This document shows positions 1 through 12,000 of a stretch of DNA of 64,000 nt, piece by piece. Made by a program: the position numbers and the translations under genes. Position 1 is the stretch's first letter. Every line of letters starts with the position of its first letter. The DNA is taken from assembly GCA_963674965.2 (NCBI GenBank), contig CAXXFL010000006.1, positions 832,001 to 896,000 of the forward strand, given 5' to 3'. The stretch is from a bacterium. Lineage in GTDB: Bacteria; RBG-13-61-14; DATKZS01. The notes below the pieces were generated by a model. The model saw only the letters and a program-made list of their open reading frames with translations, did not search any database and was not told the origin of the DNA.

Positions 1-3000
1 AGAAAAATCCAATTCATACTCGATTGGAAGCCATCCGGTCTCATAAAGGAAATCGGCGCCGGAACTGGAGTAAAGCGTCATTTCATCCAGCATCGCCCCG
101 AAGCCGCCGAAATAATTCCACGCGTCGTCCATTAAATAGGAGAAGTAGCTTGCATTGCCGGCTCCCGGTTCCTCATTGGTAAGGAAGTATAAATCGAAGG
201 CTATTTTCTCCACGCCCTCGGGAAGGGTGATCTCTTGAGACAACTCGATGTAATAGGGTCCGGTCCGGAGCGCCGCGAAATCGCTCCCGTCGGGGGAGGA
301 GACGCCGTCAAAAGTAGAGCCGACCTGGAAATATCCGCCCCAGAGGGAATCGTCGTCATATAATTGCCAGCCATAGTCTCCCTGCTCGAAACCTCCGTTG
401 GTAACGCCGGGCAGTTCCACTTCCTCCGGCGGGAGGGGGTACTCTCCCAAGGCGAAAATCTGGCCGTCGGAACTCGCGATCACCAGGTCGGCCTTGCCGT
501 CGCCGTTGATATCACCGGCGGCCGCGGAGGAAATCCCCGAGACGGGTATGGACCATTCAACCGAGCCGTCCTCCCCGTTAAGCGCGTATACCGTGGTCAC
601 GCCCGCTCCCTGGCAGATGACCTCGAGGGCGCCGTCGCCGTCCACGTCAAGCGCGATGGGAGACGACTTGACCGGTCCGATCGAGGTGAAGGACCACGCG
701 AGGGAGCCGTCCGAGTTAAAGGCGAAGACGCCGGGATTATCCTCTTTCTCCGATCCGACGACGACCTCGAGTCCCGGAGAGGACGGATCAAGGTCGGCGA
801 TGGCGGGAGAGGACATACCCGAAATCATAAGCCCCGGGTTCTCCTGGAAGGATGTCCACAGGACCGTCGGGGAGTCGCCGTCGGCTATGCTGAGGGCGAC
901 CAGGGCGTGGCTCGCGTCGCTCGTGGCCCCGTACTGTAGATAGACCACCTCGAGGACTCCGTCCATGTCGATATCCGAGACGGCGGGCGAGGACAGGACC
1001 GGGGCGGCCAGGGGTCCCGGCAGGCCGGAGACGTAGGGAGAGAAGCTCCAGGAAAGCGAGCCGTCAAGGTTGAAGGCGTGAACTCCGCCGATCATCCAGG
1101 CGCCGAGTTCGGGATGACAGGAGTCGCTTAACGCGCGCGCCCACCCGTATATAATTTCCGGTTCACCGTCACCGTCCAGGTCATGGACGGCCGCTGAGGA
1201 TGGACCTCCTCCCCTTATCTCGCCATAGGCCGGCTCGTTGGGGTCCGAGTCCAGTATGATATTATCGCTCGCGTCGTTGGGGTTCACGATCACGGCGTGA
1301 TCGCCGTTTACGAGGAAAACGTCACACCCGCCGCTCGATTGTTCCACTATATATCCAGGCTGGTAGGTAACGTAAGGGACCTGTGAGACGCCGGCCGGGA
1401 AAATAACGGGGGACGACAGCACGGGACCGCCCTGGATATAAAATCGCTCGACCTCCGCGAGATCGACGTCCAGAAGCTCCAGGTCGTAACCCTCCGCGGC
1501 CGGCAAAGAAACCAACAAGCCCACCTCGTAGCCGTGGATACCATTGTCGATTATTTCCCCGACGGCGGGAGTGGCCGAGGCGTGGACGTCGTGATTGATC
1601 GCCAGGGTCGCGCCGTCCACCCCGCTATAGACGAAGAGGCTTTCGCCGCCGAAGTTAAAGGAGTTGTCCCTGGTTACTATCACCACGTCGTTAACGCCGT
1701 CATGGTTCATGTCCGCGATAACTGGCGAAGCGTCGACCTCGGCCTCGAGGTACGCGGACCAGAGGACGTCCCCTGGACCGATGTCGGTCGAGAGAGACGA
1801 GGCGCCGGTGTTCGCCAGGTCCCCCCTGAATTTCGGCCAGGAGTCCAGGGGCTCGCGCTGAACGTATTCGAGGCGGACGATCTTAAGGTCCAACAAGGCC
1901 TCATCGATGGTGGAACCGCCGCCGAATGAAAACTCGTACTCGGCGGTGATGGGGTCGGACGCGCCGCCGACGGCGTTGTAAACGTCTTGATCGGTCCAGG
2001 CGGACAAGGACGCGTCAGTCCCGGTTATGGCAAGCATGGCGTGTTTGACGCCGTGGTGGCCGTTGCCAAGGTCGAGGACTTGACATTTTACGTGGTACTC
2101 GCCCGACTTTATCGTCTCGGGAATCTGGAAGACAAGCGGGAGGCTTTCGCCTCCGGTCCCGACCGATCCCGCGCCCTCGGCCAACCGGTTCGCGTAGCCC
2201 AGGTCGCTCCGGTCCATCTCGATGAAATACTCGAAATCCGTTTCCACGCCGCCCGCGTTGGCAAGGGTGAACTCGGCCGTGTCCCCCGCCGAGAGCGCGG
2301 TCCCCGAAAACGACAACTCGAGCTTGGAAGTAGGAACGTAATAGGCGAAGGTCTTTTCCAACTCTTCGCCGTTTGGAAGTGAAATCGATACGTCGATAAA
2401 GTGGACGCCGGAAATCGAGTCCGGCGGAATGGTCAAGGAATAGACGGCCGCGTAAGGAGTCACCGAAAGCTCGATGGTCTTATCGTCGACGAAACCTCCC
2501 AGATCGGCGGCCTCGACGTGGAAGTCGGCGGGGATGGTCCCACCGAACTCCGAGCCGGCGGTTATCGAGAACGTGACCTCAAGGACGTCTCCGGCTATAT
2601 AAGAGTCCTTGTCAAAAGAGGCGACAACGTCGGGATCGATCGGCGCGACGGTGAAGCTCGTGACCCATCCGATCGTGTCGCCCGAGGGTATGGTTGCCTC
2701 GACGTGGACCGGGTAGGTCCCGGGCGCGACGTCGTCCGGAAGCGACTCGAACGCCGTGACCGCGGCGGCGCCGGACGGGCCGCCGGGCGTCAGCTCGAGC
2801 TCGGCCGCGTCGGAGACGATCCCTAAATCCGGGACGTGGGCCCGGACGCTTACGGGTTGATGGAAGTTCCCCGGATTTACCATGCTTACGGTCACTTCCA
2901 ACTCGTCATGATACTTGACCCGCTGGTTGTCCTTTACTATCGATCCGGCCACCTGGGACAAGAGGGTCCGCGACCCCGACGCCGAATGGTTTAAGGGCCA

Positions 3001-6000
3001 TTCGATCCGGTAATCCAGGGTATATTCGCCAAAGGGAAGATCGGGGAACAGGAGCGGCAGAGTCATCATTCGAGTATCGACGATATCGGTCGACGCGGTA
3101 TGGCTCCAGATAACTCCGCTCATGGAATCCCTTAGCTCCGCCGTTATCAGCGCCTGGCTTGTATGACAGGCTTGATTGCTTCCCGCTACGATCATGGTGA
3201 TATCGTTCGTGGTACCCGCGTAGAGGACCGAATAATCCGAGCTTAAAGGCTCGATCGAAACGTATTCCTCCAGGCGAGGATAGAAGCTTGTATAACCGCC
3301 GAAGGGGAATTGGTAAGGCCTGTAGGTCAACTCGCCGCTTTCGATCTCGGCCTCGACCTTGTATCTTCCGTATGTCCAGGCGGGGTCGGTGGCAAATCCC
3401 GAGACCGCGTCGAGGTAACCGTTCGCGCCAATCTCGAAGGGAACGCTTTTTATATCGAGCGGCAAATCGTCGGGACTAAGGAGCGTTAAATGGATGACGC
3501 CCGAATGAGGGCTGGACTCCCGGTTATGTACGCCGACCTCGAGATCGAATGAATCCCCGAAATAAAAGCAGTCGGGAGACTCCTCCAGTCCGACGGAAAT
3601 ACTTGGATGATCGTTCAGCTTGATCTGGTATGAAATCACCGAAACGTGCCCAAGGTGGTCGGACAAACGGAAAGAAAGCGTTTGAGACGCGGCGTCCGTC
3701 GATATTTGGCCGCTGGGCGGCGCCGTTGTCCACGCTCCCGAGTCCACCTTGTATTCAGAGGTCTCGACTCCGACGTAGTCGTCCGATACATCGACGGACA
3801 GGACGAGCTCGCAAGTGTCGCCGCATTCGGGACCGGGCTGGACGTACGCCACAAGGCCATGGGCGTAGTAAGGCTCCGAAACGTCCGTTATGGCCATTTC
3901 CGGCGGCAGCGGGTCTACCACGACCTCGATGGTCTTCTTCTCTTCAACGTTGCCGGCCAGGTCGCGAGAGCGGTACGACAGGGTCTCCAGGCCCTCGAAA
4001 CCGAGACGGAAATCTCCCGTCACCGCGATCCAGTCTCCTTCCCCCACGCGATACTCCGTCACCGCGGTGGGCGAGAAGTTGTCCTCGGCTGAAAGGCCGA
4101 ATACCGTCTCCGGGCTGACGTACAAGGTGGCGCCGGACGAGTAGCTCGGATCGCCTATCAGCAACTCGCTGACCGGTGGAGAAAGGTCCACCAGGAAGGA
4201 CTTCGCGTTTAAAGTCGTCGTCCCGACAGAAAGCACGGCGGCGTAATAACCCTCGGTCCAGTCGTCAACGCTGAAGGCGTCGGAAAGGCTGATTGACTCT
4301 CCCCGTAAAAGGGTAACGACATGGGTCGATTCCGCCGCGACGGCCGTGTCCCCCTCCAATGGACGGATCGAAAGCCTCGCGTTAAGGTCCGTAAAATCGA
4401 CGTTGCCCACGTTCCTGAGACCGTATGACGCGGTCAAGGGGGCGCCGCTCCTTACATTGTCCGGCTCGAGGGTCAGCCGGGAGAAAAGCGCCTTGTCGAT
4501 CGAGTCCTGGAGGACCCGTACCGAAAGAGTCGATTCTCCAAGCGTCGTGCTCCCTTCATTGACGGTTACGGTGGCCGTGTAAATCCCCGCCTGATACGCG
4601 GCATGGATCACGTTAAAGGGAACGTCCATATGACCTCCCTTTACGAGCGAAGAGGTCTCCGCCTGATCCGAATACACAACCGCCGAGCCGTCGTCTAACA
4701 AAACAAAGTCCGCCGCCAGGGACGTGAAGGTATAATTCTCGCTGTCCGAATTTATTCGGGCGGTGAACTTCATCGTCTCGCTGGAGTTGTAAGACCCCGC
4801 GTCGGCCACGAGGGTCACGCTCAGGCTACGGTCGGCCTCCACCGTGAAGGGAAGGGCCAGGCTTTCCATAAGCGCGCCTTCCAAATCGTAAACCAGGACC
4901 GTAAACTCGTATGCTCCGGGTTGATATCCGTCGGTGTTCCAGATAAAGCTCGCGGCGGTTTCAGCCTCGACGTTGCTCGCGCTCCCCGAGCCTCTCACGG
5001 CGCCGCCCGCGTCCATGACTTTATAGGAAACGTTATAAAACGTCCTTCCCCCTTGGACGTCCATGATGGTATAGCCGCATATTACGTCGGTCCCCGCCGG
5101 ATATGAGACGCTATCCAAACTCGCCAATAACTCCACCCCGTCAACGGTTATGGAAATCGAATCGGAGCGGGGGCCTCGGTTATCGTTCGAGTCGATAGCC
5201 TCGGCGTATAGAATATTTTCGCCCTCGCCCAGGGTCACCGAGTCAAAGGCAAAGCCGCCCGAGGCGTCCGTATCAGTGGAAGCGGCCAACTCGGACCCGA
5301 TATACAGCTCCACCCTCGCGTCCGGCTCGGACGTTCCGGACACGTCGGTCACGCGTGAAGTGACGGTAATGGGCTGGCCGGTCTCGGTTGGGTACGTGAT
5401 CACGGGGGCCGCCGGCAACTCATGGTCGATAACGACGCTTCGCGTCAACAGGGCCTCATGGCCGTGGATATCCACGGCGGACAGGCGCAGGATATAATCG
5501 CCGTCAACGAGTCCGCCCGTGTCCCATCGCGCCAGGATTCCGTCTTCAACCGGCTCCAGGACCGGAGAGGGAGTGATGGAGAATAAGGAACCGCCCGGCG
5601 AGACGTATTCGAGCAGATAGCTCCCAAAGCCCTCGGCGTCCGCGGCCGTGCCCGTGATGGAGACCTCCCCAGTAAGCGCGGACCCCTCGCCCGGATAGGA
5701 AACGGCGAGGGTCGGGCCGCCGCCAAGATAATGGACGGATACTTCCTCGGAAACGGGACTCGAGGCCAGGTCCGCGAACGCCCTGGCCCGGAAGGTATTC
5801 AAGCCCGCGTTGAGCTCGACGCCCGAGAAGGCGAAGTTGCCTTGCGCGCCTTCCCGCGTGATAACCAACTCGTCAAAGGTGGGCGTAATAAATCTATCGC
5901 TGGAACTCATCTGGACGCGATACTGTAGATACCCGCCGTTTAGAGACTCGGGCAGGACTTGTCCGTTCACCAGCGTGGTCCATCCGCCCCAGGAGGAGGG

Positions 6001-9000
6001 ATCGGCCGCGTCGCCGCTTCTGACCGAGACCTCGATGGCCGTGCCCTCCGGGGTCGTCGAGGTCCATTGCGCGCGGCCAAAGTCGGTCTCGACCCCCAGG
6101 TCGATAGCGTCGGATATGAACTCGCCCGATTGAGCATACCCCGCGTAAACCTCGACCTCGGAGAGCGCGGCGCTCTTGCCATAGTGGCCGTCAAGATAGA
6201 CCCTCACGTGACCCGCCTTAATCAACTGGTCCGAGGGCATGACGTGAAGGCGCTCGGGATCGTCGGACTCGAGGAAGGCGTCCTCAACCAGGAGGGTCTC
6301 ATCCGCGGAAAAGTCGCCGGAGATACTCGACGTGATCCTGTATTCCCTGGTACCGAGAGCGGGGTCGGTCCCGTTTGCCAGCCTGATGGAGGAAAGGTCG
6401 TAAATACCTTCCAGGTCAACCTCTATCCAGCCGCCGTACTTGGTCAGGTTTTGCGACGTGTCGCCGTCGAACAGAACGCGAGCGGACCATTGCACGCCGC
6501 TTTGACTGGACGGCTTGCCCAGCGCCACGTTCACCCCCTGGCCATAAGACAGGGAAAGAAGCTCCGTGTCCCTCTCGGAATCCACGTTAGTGAAAGAGCC
6601 ATATACGCCCGTTGAGAAATCCCCCGCGCTCGATGGGTTTACGGCCGCGGAAGGTCCATCGCCGCCGTAAGTGTACGCGCTGGACGAAAACTCCCAGCCG
6701 GTCCAGTGACCGGAAACATCGAGTCCCTCGACGGCGGGGGTGACGCCCGGGTCGTCGCTCGAGAGGACCGCCCTAATCTGCCAGTACTCGCCAATGATAT
6801 CCGCGCTTACTCCCGCTCCGTTCTCGATTCGGACCCACTCCGACCAGCCCGCGTCCGGGACTTGACTGGCGCCGGCCCTGGCGTAAACGGCTACGCCGGT
6901 CCCATCGGCGAGGTCCTCGGCCCAGGAGATTTTATCGGCCGCCATCTCGAGTCCCGCGTCGAAGACCTCGGAGAGGAACTCGCCCGAGGTCTCGTACAAG
7001 GCGAATACCTCTACCTCGTCGAACCCGCCGCTGGTGACCTTGCCCAGGTACTCATAGGCGTCCACCACCTCGATCCGCAGATACCGCGCTCCCGACCTGA
7101 CCGCCGGCTGGACGTACGCCTCGGCCCCGCCCTCGCCGTAATAGGCATAGGGCATGACGCCCGAGCAAATGACGCGCTCCTCACCGGCGAAAGCCCCGGT
7201 CGAGGACGCCCATATCCGGAAGTTCTTCACGCCTCCGTTTTTAGCCGGCTTGTGCAGCCCGACCTTGAATATGGCGGGATAATACCGACCCAGGTCGATC
7301 CCGATCCAATAGGGGGAGTTACTGACGCCGGGACAAACCTCCCATCCTCGAGAACCGTCGTCCCAAATCCCGTCCGTTATGGCTTCGGCGAAATGAGGCC
7401 AGTCCCGCCCGCAGCCAGTGATAGGAATAACCGTTTTGCCCAGGGCAACGTTGGCGTCGGTCTCCGCCAGGCGCGCGGTTTTGCCGTTGTTGGCCACGCC
7501 CGTTCCCACATGCTCTCCCCTGGCCGGGTCTACAAGCCACTCCAGTTTCACCGCCGCCGAGTCGTCCTTGTCCACCTCCCCGACCTCGCGATATAGCTCG
7601 ACCCTGGTCGAATATCCCGAAAGGCCGGTAACGGATATGGGAGAGGCGTGGAACAAGTCGCCCTCCTCCGGACGCTCGATCGACGGCGCGTTCAAAGCGT
7701 CGGCCAGGGCCGCCGAGCCGGCGTTGTCCACGATAACTCCATCCACCGCGTACTCGGACTCGTTGCCCGCCAGGTCCCGGGCCTCGAGCCTGATGGAATA
7801 GGAACCGTCAACCACGTCCGAGACGTTCCACGTTCCCAGCGCGCCGTTCATGACCTCCTGAAGCGATTGGGAAGGGGGAATGGAAATCTCGGTCCACGAA
7901 GACCCGCCGAGCGAATAGGAAAGCTCGTATTCCTGGAAATTAAGGTCCGTCGCGCCGCCCTCAATTACTATCGAGGCGCTTTGCCTGGAGCCGGAAACGG
8001 GAGAAGAAATGTAAACGTCGGGCGGGGCGTCGTCCACGATCACCGTCGTCTCCGGGGAGGCCGACAAGGAAAAGACGCCGCTCGAGCCGTCGCCGAAGAT
8101 TTTGTAGACGCCCGTTATCTCCCGCACGAAACAGGGATTGGAAACCTCTCCCACCTTGGCCGGCTCGGAAACGAAGCCCAGACCGTCAAGGGAATAAAGC
8201 TCGTAAAGGACCGGACCGCCATCCTCGCTGACCGACGCCAGCATCGCGTATTGTCCGCCGCCGCGCCGCGAGACCTCGGCCGACAATATCTCGGTGGCCG
8301 AGGGGAAAGCGTCCAGGCCAAGCCTTGGCCCCTCTTCAAGCGTCCAACTCGAGCCGTCGTCGCTGATCGCCGAGTGGATCGCATTGCCCGAGCCGTCGTC
8401 GCCCACGAGGAAAAGCCTCTTCAGTCCGTCGTCCAGGCTGATTATCGACGGGCTTCCCATATAGGCAAAGCCCCAATCGTCCGCCTCGGCGAGGACCGCG
8501 TCGCGCTCGAGCGCGAGTCCGTCCTCGGAAATATAGCGGACCAGTCCGCTGGTGGTTTCGCCGTCCTCCACGACCAGAACCGAAAGGCTTCCGTCCCGCT
8601 CGGAAACGACAAACGGATCGCTTACGCCGGGGCCGGATATCCTGGTCCCGCTCTCCCTGGTCCAGGTTATCCCGCCGTCATTGGAAACGGCGCTGATGAT
8701 ATTGCCCACCAGGTCCGAGGCGTACATCCGATACTTGCCGTTGGACGCGGCGTAAACCGAGGGCGAACCGGCCAACTCCAGCGCCTCGCCGTCCTCATGA
8801 TATCCCGTCTCGGCGAAAAGCTCGGGCACGACGTTCTTTACGCCCACCGCCACGATCTTGTCTATCGAGGGCGTGTATTGCCCGGTGTAGCTCTCCAGCG
8901 CCGCCTCGATCTCGAGATACCGGCCCCTGACCGACAAGTCGGCGGAGCCCAGAACGCTCGAGTACTCGGACCACGCGGCAAGCTCAAGCTCGGCCAGGGT

Positions 9001-12000
9001 CTCGGCGCTTTTATAACGGGACTTCACCCCAGTGCCGAAAGGCCTCGACCCGTCCAAGATTAACTGCTTCCAAGCCGTGCCCTTCGAGCCGGAGTCGTAA
9101 ACCCCGGTCCACGTGCCTAAAGAATCGTACCTTGCCTTGATCGAGTACAGGTCGGAACCTTCTTGGCCCTTTACCAACAATTTTGGCATGCACCATTTAT
9201 ATATACCGTTAAATTCATACTGAACCGCAAGAGAGTCCAACTCGACTCGCGCCAGGCCGCCTTCGTGTCTCATGAGAATACCGTAATTGGGGTATTCTCC
9301 ATCGATCCATCCCTGGGCCACCTCGGAAAGATCGGAGGTGTACCAGTTGCCTCCAAATACTCCATCGCTTTCAGTGTTTACTGAAACCGGCTCCAGTTCG
9401 GACTCGGATGGGCGGTTGTTCCAGCTAAGCTCGTCAACCTCGTATTGGGACGTGAGCCTGTAAAATTTTACCTTGTCCGGGTCGAGAAGCGGGGCAAGGT
9501 GATAAAATCCGCCCTGATAATACTTGAGCCTCGCGTTATTTATCGGCGTCCCGGGAGCAATTCCCGTAAAGTCGAAAAACCAGTAAATCTCGCGGGACAA
9601 ACCGGGAAAGCCGTCCACAAGTCCGGTCCAGCCGATCCGCCGGTTATCAAATACTTTGAAGTGGTCATCCGGATCGAACCCATTGTCCGGATACTCCTCG
9701 GCAACGGTGATATGCGAGTCCCGCCGAAGTCGCAACTCGCCGTTAATGGTTATTCCGATCCCGTTGGACCCGAGTTGGCCCTCCCAAAACTCGCTCTCGC
9801 CGTCCCAGTACTTCGCGATCTGGAGACCGGGAACCAGCGCCCCCAGCTTGGCCGAGTACTCGCCGTCAGCGGCGGAAAGGCCCGTTACTATGTTCCGGCC
9901 GTTCCAGTCGATGCCCGTTGTCCCCGCCGCCAAAGGCCCGGGGGTGACTATCTCCTCGATCAGCGCGCCGCTTGCGTCGTAGATGTTCGCCATCACAACC
10001 GCGTCGTCCGACAGCCCGAAGGAAAGGCGGGTCTCGTCCTTGACGAAAGGCGAATAAAGAGGCGAGAACACCGGCGGATCGGAGGCCACCGACGAGAAAA
10101 TCACCGGCGACCGCAAGGGATTGAGAGACCTCTCCGCCCGGTTGTTGTCCTCGTTCGGCTCGATGATAAGGCCGGCCTCGTCCACCACCGCCACGACGGC
10201 CTCGGCGCCGCTCGGGTAATACCAGTCGAAAACCGCCTCCGCCTCGCCCATGCCGGGGACCGTGACCGTCGCCCCGTCCACCAAATATAGCTTGTCATCC
10301 GAGTCCTTCCAGTAAACCGACAGCCCCGCCCTCGCGCTCGAAACACCGAGGTTCCTGACCGTGACGGATATGGACGTCAACGAAAGCTCGGCCGGGACCT
10401 CCGGATCGAACTCCACGTCCGTCATCCAGACCGTAAGGTCCGCCGCGTTGATCTTAAGTCCCGCGTAGGCGTCGTTATTGTCCTCGTAAAGCTCGACTAT
10501 CGAGTCATCGGGATCGACCTCGAAGAACAGGGGTACCTCCCCGTAGGCGTCCCCCGGATCGAGCTGGAAGGCGACCGAGGTCGCGGAATCTCCCGCGATA
10601 TAGGACACGCTCTCCTCGTGGACCACTTCCCCCAGGAAATCCGGGTTGCCCTTGTAAACCCGCACCAATACGTCCGAGCCCCCCGCCGGGCCCCGGTTGT
10701 CCACGCGGACCGTCACGTCCGTCAACTGGCCGTAATTGGGGCAAGTCGGATTGAAGCTCACCGCGTCCGGACCGAGCGTAAAGTCCGGCTCGTAAGGCAC
10801 GATAAGCTCGAAAGCCGCGTTAATAAGGTTGTCCGAGCGCGTCGTCTCGAGGACTTTTTTGCCCTCGTCCACGTATCCGTAAAGAACGTGAGGGCCGCCC
10901 GTCTTAAGGTCCGGATGAAACTCGAAAACGAGCCGGGCCGTGGCCCCCGACTCGAGGCCCGAAAGAGAGTCGAAACCGACGTTCCAGTAAAGGGGGTTGT
11001 TCCCAATGTCCCACCCATAAGGATAATTAACCGGCTCGTCAATATAGAGGCTCACGCCGAAATTGTCCGTTACCGCCCGGTCCCCGTCGTTACCCACCAC
11101 CATGGTGAAGGTCACCGCGTCCTTGACGGTCGGCGACGTGGGAGACCACTCGAGGGACTGAACGTATAAATTGGGCCGGTCCAGGCCGTCAAGGTGCACA
11201 ACGGCGCTCGCCAGGTTGTTGGTCTCGTCCGATTCACCGACCTTCACCAGCGGCGAGGCCATAACCCAAATCTCGTGGTCCCCCACGTCCACCTCGTCCG
11301 TGGCCCAGACGCCGCTTACCGGAACGATCGCGCCCGACTCGAGGGTGTCCGAGTCGGCGAAGGAAACGATGATATTGGAACCGTCCTCCTCCGGCTCTCC
11401 CAGGTAAAAGCCGCCCTCGATCCCCCCAATGGGGACGCCGCCCGCGTTCGCGATCTGGGCGGACAAGCCGACCGCGGTTCCCTTGATCGGCTCGGACGGG
11501 TCGAAAACCGGGCCCGAGAAGACGGAAAGGTCCGCCCCGAAGACGTCCACCACCAACGAGTTGATCGCCGCGTTGTTGCCCGAGTCGCTCTCCGGAGCGG
11601 GCCAAAAGCCGGCTATCATCTGGAGGTTGACCTCGGCCTCGACGGCGTTGACCCCCGCCTTCGCCAGTATGGTCGAGGTCATCGTCACCCGTCCCCCGGC
11701 GGGGATCGACGCGATGACGTTGCTCACCAATATATCGCCGCTCGATACCTCCTGGGCCACGATGGGAACGTTGTAACCCGGCGTGTCGCCCAGGTTGTAA
11801 ACCTCGATCGAGACCGTGACCGCGTCATTAACCGACGGAGAGGACGGCGTGAAATGGATGCCCGAGGAAAATACCGCGAAGTCCGGGATCGAGTTCACCA
11901 GCGCCTCCACCCGAGCCGCGTTGTCAAGCTCGTTCGACTCGAATACGACGTCGCCCGCGTCCGCCACGACCTCCAGCGTCCAATCACCCGCGTGGCCCAG